A stretch of 64,000 nt of DNA, taken from the human T2T-CHM13v2.0 reference genome, Homo sapiens. The notes under the pieces are model-generated. The model saw only the letters and a list, made by a program, of their open reading frames with translations. It had not been told where the DNA came from and searched no databases. Below, piece after piece: positions 24,133 to 39,846 of the stretch. The translations under genes and the position numbers were made by a program. Numbering within the stretch: position 1 is the stretch's first letter; the number at the start of each line of letters is the position of its first letter. The stretch lies in assembly GCF_009914755.1 (NCBI RefSeq), contig NC_060930.1; one strand, 5' to 3'.

Positions 24133-25107
24133 ATTCATCAGGAAATGCAAATGAAAACACAGTGAGATACCACCTCACACACATCTGAATGGCTTTTATC
24201 AAAAAGACAAAAAGTAAATAAGTATTAGCGAGGATGTGGGGGAAAAGGAACCCTTGCGCACGGTTGGCGGGAATGTAAATTAGCACCGCCATTTTGGAAA
24301 ACAGTATGGCAGCTTCTCTGTAGACTAAAAATGGAACTGCCAGAGGCTCCAGCAGCCCCCCTTCTGGAGGACGCTCCACAGGAGCTGAAATCAGTATGCG
24401 GAAGAGATGTCTGCTCTTCCAGGTTCACTGCAGCGGTGTTCACAACAGCCAAGAAATGCAATCAACCTATGTGCCCATCAACTGATGAACAGATTTTTAG
24501 AATTCCCTGTACATACAATGGAATATGACAGTGGTTCCCAATTATTTTGGCACCAGGGGCCGGGTTCATGAAAGATAATTTTTCCACAGACGGGGCAGAG
24601 GAGTCAGGGACCCCTGGAATACGGCATAGCCTTAAAAAAGAAGAAAATTCTGTCATTTGAGACCACATGGATGGAACCAGAGAACTTAAGGCTAAGTGAA
24701 ATAAGCCAGCCACAGAAAGACAACTACCACATGATCTGACTTATATGGAGAATCCAAGAGTCGATCTCATAGAAACTGAGTAGAAAAGTGGTTACCAGAG
24801 GCTGGGGGAGAAGAAGGGATGGGGAAAGGGGAAAGGGGAGGTATTGACCATAGGGCACGTCTCAGGTAGACTGCAGGGGTAGGTTTTAGTGATCTATTGT
24901 GTGCCATGGTGACCGCAGTTAATAGTAATAATAATGTATGCTAAAGGAATAGATTCTTCACATTCTCACCACAAAAAAACGGGAAGTCGGTGAGGTGATG
25001 GTGTTAGCTTGATTGACTCTTTCTACAATGTATACGTAGCTCAAAACATCCCATCGTACCTGATAAATACACAAAATTATTTGTCAATTAAAAATTAAAA
25101 AGAAAAA
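24133..25107 (+). mobile_element. L1MA-type 3' fragment
   Basis: Degenerate L1 ORF2 C-terminus and 3' UTR (CATCAGGAAATGCAAATGAAAAC...GTCAATTAAAAATTAAAAAG). Confidence 0.85.
24529..24616. mobile_element. Internally deleted MER1-type (Charlie3) MITE, 88 bp, inside the L1MA
   Basis: Termini CAGTGGTTCCCA... and ...GGGACCCCTG; internal TTTTGGCACCAGGGG...AATTTTTCCACAGAC; 8-bp TSD GAATATGA / GAATACGG. Confidence 0.7.
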
Positions 25108-25850
25108 AGCTCCCCTGGTTCTTCTAATGCTCAGGCCATGCTGCTGGAGAGCAGGATTGCGTTTACAGTCGCCCTCATTCCAGGACAGCCGTCTACAGGT
25201 GGGGAAGCTAGGGCCACAGCCGCATTCTCCTAGCTGTCAGGCAAGCCTTCTACACCCCAGTACACTCGAGCAGACTCCCCAACTCACCCCAGACCCTAAC
25301 AGCGAGCTTTCTGGATGGGCCTGGGGCGGCAGGGGCTTCTGGGGCTCCCTAGGTGACGGCTGCTCTAGATCCATCTCCCTCAAGCTGGGAGCAGACGCTG
25401 AACCCCTAGACTCTGCAGAGGAGGGACGCACAGCCCAGCAGGCACCAGGCATAGCTCCACATTAATCAGTTACTCAGGCCTTTTCCTAAGAGAGAGAGCC
25501 GAGCATGAGGGCAGGAGCTCAAGGAGGGAGGGACACAGAAAAGGAAAGGCACGGACACGCCACGGCAGGATGAGGCTGTGGGAACTCAGGTCACAGGGAC
25601 ATGTCCCTTTGCGCCTTGGACGTCTGGTGCAGCCGAGCCGCCTGGCCTTACCTGCCCAGGGCCTCTTCCAAGGGCAGCTGTCAATATGCTCCTTGGCATG
25701 ATGGCAAAGGCTGTTCACAGCCCTGTGCTCTAAGATACAGTAGTCCAGCAGTAAGGGCCACGCCGGGGCCGCCCGCAGGACCGGGAGAGGACAAAGCCAA
25801 GGACGCCCGGGGCTCCAGGCCAAGCACAGGGAAGCCACGGCCTAAAGAAA

Positions 25851-27157
25851 ACACACAGAGAGACGTACACACACTCACACACACACAGACACACACTCAT
25901 ATACACATACTCAGAGACACACATAGACACACACAGACACACACATAGAGACATAGACACACATAGACACAAACACACAGACACATATGCAGACACAAAC
26001 ACACAGACACATTCATATACACACAGACACATACACACTCACATAGAAACACACAGACACACACTCACAGACACACACATACAGACACACAGACATAGAC
26101 ACACACAGACATGCACACAGATACACAGACACACACATACTCATACACACAGACAAACACACACACATAGACACACGCCCACAGACACACAGACATAGAC
26201 ACAGAGACATGGGCACACACACAGAGACATAGACACAGACACACAAACAGACATAGACACACATAGTCACATGCACACACATACACACACACTCACAGAC
26301 ACACACAAACACATAGACACAAATACATAGACACACACACACATTCACATAGACACACACAGACACAAACACATAGACACAGACATAGACACGCATACAC
26401 ACACACATAGACACACACAGAGACACCTATAGATGCACAGACTCACATAGTGACTCACAAACACAGACACACACTCAAATACACACACAAACACACACAA
26501 AGACATAGACACCCACATAGACACAGACACACACACTCATATAGACACAGACATACACGCAGACACACACACATGCAGACATAGACACAGACACACATAG
26601 GCACAGACACACTCACATAAACACAGACACACTCACACAGATGTAGACACACACACACAGACATAGATCCACACACACACTCACAGAGGTATAAATACGG
26701 ACACTAACACACACACTGACACAGACACTCACATAGACACTCACAGATACAGATACACACACTGACACATACACTCACATAGACACTCACAGATACAGAT
26801 ACACACACAGACATACACAAGCAAGGATATAGACAGGCAGACATAAAGACACACAAACACGCTTGCACACAGACATCTAACACAAAGAGACATAGGGACA
26901 CACACAGACACATATGTTGAGATATGTAGATACACAAAAGCATGCATGCATACACACAGATGCACAGAGCCACACAAACACATAGATACACACAGACACG
27001 CAGACACACATAGACATACACACAGAGACCCACACTCACAGACACACACAGACATACATGTAGACATGCAGACATGCAGATACACCGAGACACACACACG
27101 CACATGCATACACACACAGCAACATTCAAACACACACACACACACACACTCGCACAC
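25851..27157. repeat. Degenerate (CA)/(CAGA)/(CATA) simple repeat, ~1.3 kb
   Basis: Continuous imperfect CA-based repeat. Confidence 0.95.
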
Positions 27158-27994
27158 AATCTGCTATTCAGTTGTGGGTCTATCTGCAAGCACTAAAGGC
27201 TGACATCCCATCACGCCTGCCATCCTCCCAAATCTCCAAATCCACCACAGTGGTTTCATCATCTTCTGAAGTTTCCTTTTTTCTAATCACAACCCTGCTC
27301 TAATCCCAGAAACAGGAAGAACTGCCTCTTTTAAATTAAAAGGTTGCTTTTGTTCTCAGAGGCCAACCCAAGCCCCTTGGCCATGGACAAGGCCCCCAGC
27401 TGGAACCACAGCACAGGGCAGCATCTCCCAGAACAGGCTAGGGAGGGTGCCTCCTCCAGGAGCCCAGAGCCGAGGCTGGCCAGCTATCTGCGTGGAGTGT
27501 GGAGAGGACGTCATGGCTCCAGGAAGCGGTGAGGTCCCAGGGCTCTGACTCAGGCTCTGAACATGGGGTGTCCCCTTGCAATGGTAAGAACAGGGTTTGG
27601 TCAGCAAGGGCAATCCCTCTTCCTCTTAGATGACCCATCCTTTTCAAGCAAGTCCCCATCCCAAGAGGAATGGGGCAGGTCGCCGGGCTGGGAGTCCTCC
27701 ACCCGGATGTGAATCTCTGCCAAGGAGCAACTGAGCAGCAGTGCCAAGTAAGGAGGCTGCTCCAGCTTCAGGTCTTCACAGTGGGCACTGGCCGCCAGAT
27801 CAGTGAAGCCCACAGACAGGCCCCTCCAGGCTATAGGGAAAGCCCTGTTCCTTACTGTGCCCTGGGAATAACACAAGTACACACACTAAAGATAATGTCC
27901 CAGAGATGGCTGTGGGCTGTCTCCCGCCCACAGCCCCAGGAGTCCCTTCCAGATAGCAGCCCTGAAGAGGCTATGGCCTAGAAAAGCCATAGGG

Positions 27995-28375
27995 CATCTG
28001 CTAGGTCTGTCCTGCAACGGAGTGCCACAGATTGGGTGATTTACACACAGAAATCTATCATCTCAGTCCTGGAGGCTGGAAGTTCAAGATCCAAGTATCA
28101 GCAGGGTTGGTTTCTCCTGAGGCCCTTCTCCTTGACTTGCAGACGGTGTCTTCTCCCTGTGTCCCCACATGCTCTTCCTTGTGTGTGTATCTGTCCTAAT
28201 CTCCCCTATTTATGGGGACACAGTCATACGGGACCAGAGCCCACCCTAGTGACTTTGTTTTAATTCAGTTTCCTCTGTAAAGACCTTATCTCCAAATGAG
28301 GTCACTGGGAGTTAGGACTCCAACATACTTTTTGGGGGAGGTGGGAGTGTGAAGAACATAATTCAACCATAACAG
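27995..28375 (-). mobile_element. MLT1 (MaLR) solo LTR
   Basis: CTCAGTCCTGGAGGCTGGAAGTTCAAGATCCAAG...AAAGACCTTATCTCCAAAT...AATTCAACCATAACA. Confidence 0.8.
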
Positions 28376-29135
28376 TTATAAATCGAGCTCACAGCTGGAC
28401 AGAAATATACTTGATTTCTGGGTCCACAACCCCAGGCCTTCTCCCCTGCCCTAGCAAGCTCCAGATTAAATAGGCTCTCAGAGAGCCAGACCAGCGAGGC
28501 CCATCCCTTCTCTCCATCTGTGCCTTGAGCATGGAGTGGCTTGGAAGCTAGATTTTATTTCCTGCAGAGAGAAAACGCTAGAGCCAGCACGCAAATGAGC
28601 TCTAGCCCCCAGCGGGACTGCATTCTTTTGGGGAGGGCAAAGCCTATAGTTATGGACTCCACAAGTCCCTGGGAGAGGCAGCAGTGCCCCTGAAACTGCA
28701 TCAGACACTGTCTCTGCATCAAGGCACACACCTCTCAAAAAAAAGGAAGAAGACAGGACAAAGATTTTTTTCCCCTTTTTGAACTTGGATGAGCTAGCAT
28801 CGTTGCACAGTACAAACGCTGGGCATTCACAGAGGCAGCTCTCTGTGGGCCCCGGGTCTCTGCTAGCCATCTGTGAGTGGGATCTTGAAGAGTCTTAGGA
28901 GGCAAGTATTTCTAAACCCACTTCCTAGAGGAGCAAGATCATTCGCAGTCACATACCTGGTAACTGGGACAGCTGAAACCCCAACCCAACTCCATCGGAC
29001 TCCACACATCAGAATCGGGCTGGTCTGTGAAAGGATGGGGGAGGCTTCCTGGCAGGATCTGTGTACCCCTTGAGCTTGACAATTGGTAAGATACACTCTG
29101 GGTGTAAGATACAGGGTGTTTGTCCACTAAGTTCA

Positions 29136-29895
<760 letters not shown>

Positions 29896-31728
29896 TTACA
29901 CAGCACTCAAGCCCCTCTCCCACAGGGAGGGTGGGGGTGCCATTGCCGTATTACCCCCAGGGAACTGAACCAGGCTTGGGGAGGCAAAATCTGTGAGGCC
30001 CGCTGGAGATGGGGACTGCAGTTTTCCCGCACTGCCCTCTGGCTTTCACCCAGGCATTCTCTCGATGGCCCTTGCAAGACTCTTTTTCTCAGTCCCTAGC
30101 AGAGGCTGAGTCATTGAGGGGTTTTAATTTGGAAAGCAAGATTACAAAAGAGAGAAAGAAACCACAATTCTATTCACAATTATGTGCAGAACAAGGCCAG
30201 AGTTACAACTTTCCTTTTCCTTCCCCAAATTCAGTGCTGACATTAGATGAGGCTTTTCAGAATTTTGGAGCAGGCTGTAGTCTTATGGAACAGACAAGAG
30301 GTGGCTCTGGGGTTGGGGGATGAGGTGGGAAGGATGGTTTGATTCTAGTACTTTTATTTCTGTCACCATCCAAAGCCCACATGAAAATGTTAAGTCTGAT
30401 TAAACTGTTGGGTGCAGGAGAGAGCATGAAGGGCCTTTTTAGAATAAATGAGAGTACAAGGATGCTCTCTGAGAAATAGCCGTGAAAAACCTGAAAGGAA
30501 GTGTTTCCAGGTCAAAAAGAACTCATATGACCCATGGAAACCCTTGAGGCCCAACCAGTTTATTGTGGATGCTGGAGGAGGGTGGGGGACACTCAGGGAA
30601 CTGTGACTTGAAGACACCTTGCATTCCTGACTTTGCTATATTTAAAAGCAGTCTCCCAGTCTGAGGGCAGCAGCCCAGCACAGTGGCAGCCACCAGCTCT
30701 GTTTTCCTGTCTTCCCTATTCGTCCTCTGCAAAGCCAAGCTGCCTCTGTCACTGTTGTTTGATATTTCCAAATCTGGCCTGAAGCAGATGATGGGGCCGC
30801 AGGAGGAGCGTCCTTCAGGGTGTCTTGTTTGGTTTGGAAATATTTAAATGTCTGCTGCATTTCCTCCAAGAGAGGAGAAGCCAGGGCCTGTGGGAGAGCC
30901 CAGGACCGTGGCCACAGCCCTGCAGGGTCCCCAGCTCCTCTGCGGCTGCCTCCCTGGGACCGGATCCCCAGTGCCCCCCACCCACACTCCCACCGTCAGC
31001 ACCATGAGAAAGTCAAGATGAGCCCAGACATTCTCCACCACGTGTTTACAGTCAAGTGACTCAGCTCTGCCCTCGATTTAAGCCCATGCAGCAATTGTCC
31101 ATGATTACAGAAACCTTCGTGGCTCCTGGAAAGATCGCCAGCACGTTATTAACCTCAGAGGCCAGACACATGTTTTCCATGATTTATTTAAATGCTAGTG
31201 GCCACCACAGATGATCACGGCCTTTTGGAATAAAGGGCATGTAATTAAGACATAATCTCTTCTGTTTTGTAATATATGGAGCAGTAAATGGCTACTGAGG
31301 TTGATTAAATTCTCCATCTTCCCTTTGGCGCTTGGGAACTGCCAGAGCTGTTGGAATCCCAATCGTGGCTGTGACCACTTCATAGCACACGGCAGTGTGG
31401 TCGAACAGCCAAAGGCTGTCCTTCGGGGACCTGGGCGCCTGATGTGGGTGGATCTGAGATTTACAATAGCACTCACCTGGGAGTGCAGCTGCCTTGACGG
31501 GGCAAGGGAAAGCAGGGAGGGACAGTGATTCACTGGTAGGGGGTGGGCTTTGTACAGGCAAAAGACTGAGCAGGGCAAGGGCGTGCCGTCAAAGGAGATT
31601 GAACCGTGTAAACGCACAGCTCCCCATCAACGCTTCCTGCGTCGGGCTCAAGCCAGCGTTGTGGAAAAAAAGCATAGCATGGTTTTTTCACGTTGTCAAG
31701 AGCGTTCTGAGGCCTGCCCTTGACACTT

Positions 31729-32027
31729 GGCCGGGCGCAGTGGCTCACGCCTGTAATCCCAGCACTTTGGGAGGCCGAGGCAGGTGGATCACGAGTTCAG
31801 CAGATCAAGACGATCTTGGCTAACACGGTGAAATCCCGTCTCTACTAAAAATACAAAAAAATTAGCCGGGCGTGGTGGCGGGCGCCTGTAGTCCCAGCTA
31901 CTCGGGAGGCTGAGGCAGGAGAATGGCATGAACACCCGGGAGACAGAGGTTGCAGTGAGCGGAGATCATGCCCCACTGCACCCCAGCTTGGGTGACAGAG
32001 CAAGACTCCATAAAAAAAAAAACAAAA
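31729..32027 (+). mobile_element. AluY/Sc-like element
   Basis: Full dimer carrying GCTAACACGGTGAAA and GAGAATGGCATGAA. Confidence 0.9.
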
Positions 32028-33839
32028 CTGAACACTTTTCACTTTGGACCTCTCCATTGTGAGGGAAGATCCAACAGCTGCACATTTATCTGTGCAGAGT
32101 CGAGAGGTGGGCTGTGGCCGATCATCTGAGGGTGTGGATTTGCTATTTTTTGGCAAATTTGAGTCTACGTACTGAGGTTCCTGCCAGAGAATAGAATCTT
32201 AAGCTCTGCTGCCTGGGTCTTATCACAAAGCTGATTTTTAAGAAATATTGTAACATCCATGAAAGAGTATCCAAAGACATGTACCATCTATTCAAAATCC
32301 TGTCTGTAGCTCCCAAGCCCACAAAAGGGCCAAGTACTCAGGGAAGAATTTTTGGTGGACACAGTTACCCCCTCTGAGTCCAACCTGGGCCTGAGCCTGA
32401 GCCCACGTTGAGAGACATTACAGAGATGGCTATCTGATGCTCACTGGCATATTGGAGGAGGCCTAGTCATCTCTACAATGTCCCCGTGTGCGCCCTTAGG
32501 CACCAGGTCCTGTGCGTCTCCCTCGCCCCCGACTTCCTCTCTGCTGTTAAATGTATCTCCGCAAGCTGCCTCAACCTTTCTTTCTTTTTTTTCCCTCCAT
32601 ATCTTAGAAAGCTTGTGTGTCAGTCTTTAATTTTTTCAATTTGTTATTTTATCCTATTTTTAATAAATACATGCATATTGTAGATATGCAATGGTTTATA
32701 TGCACGAACACGGAGAGTGAAATCAAATCTCCCTTCCTCCATCACAGAGGCAATCTGTTTTGTCTCTTGTGATTCCTTCTGAGATTCTACAGGTATACAA
32801 GCCTATATACGTAAATGAATTTAACTTCTTTATTCTTTCCTTTTTACTCTGATGCACTTACTGATAAGGCCTTAGATGCCTTATTGAAAAGAGCCGTGAA
32901 TTTTCTTGAATACACATAGCATACACAGATCGCTTCTGCCTGTCTAGAAATGGTTAACACTCTTTCTGCTGAACTGTTACCCAAACAAGATTCCAACTCT
33001 AAAAGAAAGGAGAGGAACATGAAGCAAAGGAAGCCCCATGGCCCCCGGAGCCTCCCACGGTTGCAGATCACAAAAGCAATTGCCTCTCTGAAAGCGTGGT
33101 GGTTTTGAATAGGAGCAGAGGAAGCGCAAGGACACTGGCAGCCTGGTGTGTTCCCTCGGGCTGCCCGCCTTTCGGCCTCGGGCCCCTTAGAGCAGAGCAG
33201 AGATCTGTGCAGCCCCCGTCCATGTGGTGGAAGGGGAATGCACCATGGGAGGGAAACCTCAAGTCATGGGTTTTGGAGCTTCAAACACGATCTCTGTGGC
33301 TTTGGGTTTTCTTACGAGAATCAGAGAAATAAATACACTTTATTTATATGCAGATGCAGAAACCATTGAACTGCGTTAGAAAATGGCAATCTCCGGAGGG
33401 TGTGGGAGGGGAGGCAACAGCACGGCCTGTGTGCCCAGGGTGCCAGCGGAGCCCCGAGTCATCACGGTGACTGTTCCAGGAGCGCGTCAGCAGCCCTCAC
33501 TCTACCCTTTGAGAAGATAACAAGCAAATCGGCCCAGGTTTGAGGAGAGAAGAGCTTCAAGTCTCCTAGCCTGGGCGGCCAAGGCACCCAGGTCTCAGGA
33601 AAGTCGACTGCCTGGAAGTGGAGATAGGACCCTGTTGTCTAACCTGGGGGGCTTGTGCTTGGCTGAAAACAGGTGGTTCCCATGTCGGAGCTGATGGGGA
33701 GCGGATGGGGGTAGGAGTGCGAAGAACCCAAGCCCTCCAACATGGTAGCCATTCGCACACATTATCTCATTCGGGCTTCCCTCACCCTTCTCAGATAGGG
33801 CTCGTGGTATTTACATTTTTTAAAAAAAGGAAATGAGGT

Positions 33840-34317
<478 letters not shown>

Positions 34318-34401
34318 TCAGACTTCCAAGTCCCTTTGGAGATCTTTGATGAAAAATTCTGAACCGTTCCGGCAAAATCAAAAGATCTCAGAGGGTTGAC
34401 A

Positions 34402-34619
34402 ACAGCAGTTCTCAACTGGGATGGTTTTGCCCACCAGGGGACATTTGGCAATGCTGAGACAGTTTTGACTGTGGCACTGCAGAAGAGGGTGGTTGCTACT
34501 GGCATCTTGGATCTAAAGGCCAGGGATGTTGCTAAACATCCCCCGGTGCACAGGACAGCCATAAAAACAATAGTTTGCCCAAAACGGCATAGAGGTTGGC
34601 AGAGGTAGAGAAGCTCTGG
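34402..34619. mobile_element. MER20 (hAT MITE)
   Basis: CAGCAGTTCTCAACTGGG...CCAGGGGACATTTGGCAATG...GGCCAGGGATGTTGCTAAACATCC. Confidence 0.8.
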
Positions 34620-34677
34620 TTTATGGCCATTAAAAAGTCAAATCTTATAACTGTTTCAACACATTTTAAGAAGTGTT

Positions 34678-35006
<329 letters not shown>

Positions 35007-35009
35007 TTA

Positions 35010-35319
<310 letters not shown>

Positions 35320-38300
35320 TTATAAATCTTTAAGGAGAAAATGCATCCTGTGTCCACCTTGGATTCCATGAATTAAATTTCCTGTGTCTCTTGGTGAAAG
35401 GTGTGCTCCTGCCAGCTCCTGTCATTGGAGACCTTATTGCCCAAATAAGTATATTCTCAGTGACATCTACCTACAGAAAAAAAAAAAATCCTTGTTTTGC
35501 TACAAATGTGTACCACATGCCAACAGTGGAGTTCCACGTGAATATGGATGCCAGCTGGCCATGATCTGAGCCATTCAGCAAGAGAAGCGATGGGAGACCC
35601 GCATGACAGGGCACTGCTCCTGTGGGAAGCATGCCGACTTCGAAACACTGAAAACTCCAATGATAGCAATTGTTTGGGACTCGATGAAATGATGTTTCCA
35701 GAGCTCTCTGGGTTTACTGTACATTTTGACATCACTTCCCCATGGCAGCTAGTTTATCGTCATTCCACATCCATCCCAGACGCAGATGCTGCTCCAGGTG
35801 AACAAACCCACAGGGACTCAGGAGGAATCCCAGCAAGTGACGGCTCATCCTGCCCCAGATGAAAAAGGAGATGTTCGTAACGCAGCTGCTTCCCACCTCG
35901 CACTTCGGGGCATTCTTACATCTGGCAACGCTAGAAGCCGCAAGTCAAACACAGAATAACTCAACTAGCTCACAAAGAAATGACCAAGAAAGCCTCTGGC
36001 AATGTAATCACTACCTTTTCGCTCCTCTTCCTCTCACTGTTCCATTCTAAAATTTTCACAGATTCTCAAAGTGCAATTTGACTAAGAAGGATATACACAG
36101 ACTAATCCTTAAGGCAACAACATAAGCTTCTCCAAAGCTATTTTTCTTTAATGTTATAAAAATTTTTGAAACAACGTTAAATAAAATCTGGAAAAAAAAA
36201 AAAAAAACCTAGATCACCCCTAATCCCACATTTCCGGGAATTTAAACAGGAGACTTGGAAGGAGCAAGGAGCGGGAGGTGGGCCTGCAAAGCACAGCAGG
36301 CCCGGCCGACGCAGCTCCCTCCGTCACAGCCTGCTGTGGACATGCAGGGTAACTACAAAAATTTTCCAGCAGTCTAGATTCTTATGCAAAATCTCCTGCT
36401 TTTTAAATATTGGCTCATAGTTTATAAGCACCGTGCCAGCTAATTAAAACACATCTGCAGATTGGATACAAATGACAGGCCACCGTTTGAAACCCTTCAT
36501 ATATAATTTTGCATCCAAACAAGAGTGAACAGAAGAAATTGATGTGACTCTATATATTTTACACTTTTAATAATCAGAGCATATTTGAAGAAACATTCTC
36601 AAGAATCTTAATGGGTTTCAGCTTTTGAACATATTAAGAGGATACTGAAGTAATAATGTAGCTAAAGAAAAGATGTTCGTGAATCAAAACTCCTTACTAC
36701 ATATTTTTACCAGGAAAACATGTCTCGATCCACCATAGATACATGCACAGAATTATAAATTTATCTTTAACAAGAGGACCTACTAGAAATGCAAATGTAT
36801 ATTAGCCGAGGGTGAAATTGAGAAGATTCTTGGGCAAGCATGAAGTCACTATAACACTATAGGGTAGGGATCCTGGTGCAAACACAACTGAAAAGAATAC
36901 CTTTGAAGATTATTAGATTATGAGGAATAACAAAAATCCCCTTTCAATGCTCAAGACACAGGAATTAAGTTGTAGCCCATTTCAGAAGTGAATGTAACTA
37001 TCAAGTAACTGTGTTGCACACTCACTTCTGCAAAGAGATTTCATTTTCACTGCAGGGGAACAAGCTTGGCCATTTCAGGCACACACAGCAGAGGGTATCT
37101 GCCATAGCATGGAGTTCTAAGTTTATTTGTTCATAACTCAGGTTCACTCAGAAACTACTGTTTACCTGCTCATTACTCTTTGTGCATCCTTGATGTTTTA
37201 AACCCAGGGAATATAGAGATGAACACAATAGATAGGGCACGTGATCTGGCAGAGAAGAAGTGAAATAAAGACAAGTGTCCAAATACTTGGATAAGTCTGA
37301 AAAAGTGGTAAGTGCAAAGAAGGCACCAAGCAACCTATAGAAATGCCTATGCATCTGTCTGCACAAGCAGCCTAGAAATAAGTGGAAAAAAAAAAAATCA
37401 GGACAACCAACCATGGGGGCTGGCACTGTGACGTGCACCACTCCACAGCCCAGGACTCCCGTCTGTGGCAGTAAAGGCAGACGGTTTCTTCAGCGGGAGA
37501 GCCTTGAGAGTATGAAGGTAAGTGCCTCATTGTTAATTATTTACATGCTGTCATTAAAATCAATTACTCCATTTGAAAGAAGCCACTCATAACCACATCA
37601 AAACAGATTCAGGATACCCTAATCAGAGGATATCAGCGACCATCCCTTCCCATAGCAATGACATTGCAGGTTGAGGGTGAAGAGGCAGAGTGACCATGAC
37701 TCTTGCTGCTGGGCCGGTTAAGTCCCAACAGAGACTGGTATTTTAGAATAGACAGCTAGTCCTGAGCGGGCCTTGGAGGTCATCCCCCACCCCCAAACTC
37801 TAGGATGAGGCAACCTCCATCCAACCCCGATGATTAAGTACCTGTTCTCCTGAGGCAATTCCCTCTTGAGCTTATGATCTATCATCACCAGGATGATTTG
37901 CTATTGAAGACACACGGACAGCTAACCCTTGAATGTAAAACAGGAGCATACTCAAATAGAGATTTATTTTTGTGTCCTCCTGTGCATGCTTTGAGCTGGG
38001 GATAGTCAATGAGGTGCTACCGAGTGTTGGGCCATAAAGCCTCCTCACGCTAACTCCAGGCATGTGAAGGACTGAAACGTGAAGCTCTTTCTGTAATTCC
38101 CCTCCTTCTTCTTCATGAATGGAGGCGAGAATTAGGCTGTGTGGTTTTCACAGCCAATGCTGATCTTAAACAAGAATCTGGCTGTTTCCTCCCCGGGCTG
38201 TTTCCTGGCCAGTCACAATATGATCCTAACAGGGCTGCCAGAGACCATGCAGATGACCGCTTCTCAGGGGCTCCTTCCCCACAGCCACAGCACAGCTATG

Positions 38301-39009
38301 GAGCTATAAGAAAGCTGAGGACACAGCAGCTGAACATCGGCAACATTCGAGTCCCTTCCATGAAGCTAGAGAGAGGTGGCATTCATGACAGGAAAAACCC
38401 AGGCGCTGAAGACTGAAGACTTGACTGTCCCTATTCCTCACCATACCATGGGGACAAAACAGACCAGAGAAGATTCAAGAAGACACTTCAGGCCAGGTGC
38501 TCCTAACCACTCCCGTTACACGGCAAATGCCCGATGCGTTGGGCCGTGAAGACCATTCCTACTCAGCCCTCCCTGGCTAATCACTTCATTTTTCTGAGTC
38601 TTTCTTCATTAAAAGCAAAGACATTGGGCCAGGTCCTCTCTAAATGTCTTCCTGGCTCTAAAACTCTATAACTTGAGGACAAGAGCCTATTTCAAGGGCT
38701 TTCAGAACAGAAATCTCTTTTGAAATTGCAGAGGCCCAATTCCCCGCGAGGATCTCAAGCTGCAGAATGAAATGGGCGAGTGTGATTCAAACAAACTCAT
38801 GGGATGCCAGGATCTAGCACAACCCCTGACTCATGTGGGCGCATAAAGCATCTCAGCCAACTCAGATCACAGAAAGCATCTACTGGTCCTACATTCACCA
38901 GGCAAGAAAAATGAGTAATTCGTAATTTGTCACACTTACATAAATAATCGTTTTTACTTTTATAATCGTTGCCATACTCTAACACATGCTAGATACCACA
39001 GTGAGTGAT

Positions 39010-39190
39010 TTATATATGTTTTCTTGAATCCTTCCGATAATTACATCAAGCAGATTTTTATAGATAGGGAAACAAGGCTCAGAAAGGGCAAGTGACTTGC
39101 CCAAGGTCACACAGCTATTACCTTCATGCTCAGTAGTGCAGCCTGGATTTGCACCCACGTCTGCAGGCTCCAAAGTCACTCTCTTTTCAC
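39010..39190 (-). mobile_element. MIR fragment
   Basis: GGGAAACAAGGCTCAGAAAGGGCAAGTGACTTGCCCAAGGTCACACAGC. Confidence 0.75.
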
Positions 39191-39846
39191 CATGTCACGG
39201 GTCTCAAGGGTCTGTTGAATGTTTTTACAGGAGGAATTTTTACTAAAGTTCACAAAACAACAATGCACTAGCCACTTTCATCAGTCGCTTCCCAGGAGTG
39301 GGTGTGGGTGACGGGGACCTTGTGCCATGAGCCGCACGGGCTGACCCATCACATGGAGGCAGCCGTGGTCAGCAGGGAGACACAGCCCCTGGGGGAGTCA
39401 TCACCCATGAAGGTGAACAGGGAGGCTGTTGATGCTGACTGCAGTGAGGAAAAGCCACTCTCAAATTTCTACCCCATGCAATTTCTCATGGTTGGAAAAA
39501 CCAAGGCTGCCAGTACCATCCACCACCAAGGAGGAAAGAGCCCGAGGCCTGTGAGGCTGGGCCACCCACAGGATGGCCTAATCAGGACCAGGCTTCCCAG
39601 CACGGAGGACACGGGGGCGCCCGACAAAGAAATCACCTCTGTGAAATGCCTTCCACGCCTCCCCTCTGAGCCGAAGCCCAAGGCAACCCCAGGAGCAGGG
39701 AGCGAGCTGCTGGGGGAATGCACCGGGGCGCCGCCTGCGGGGAGCTGCTGGGGGAATGCACGGGGCGCCGCCCCGGAGGCCTGCAGGTAACTCCCACCAG
39801 AGGCACAGAGCGCAGCCTTAGCCCCTACAGTCAGAGTCTCGCTTTC

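Noticed and set aside
22150-27203. Long ORFs across the GA tract and the CA array
   Set aside because: Translations of simple repeats.
36340-36500. TAATTAAAACACATCTG homeodomain + E-box composite
   Set aside because: Appears to lie inside a degenerate hAT-type MITE (MER103-like) whose consensus supplies AAAACACATCTG; no independent support.
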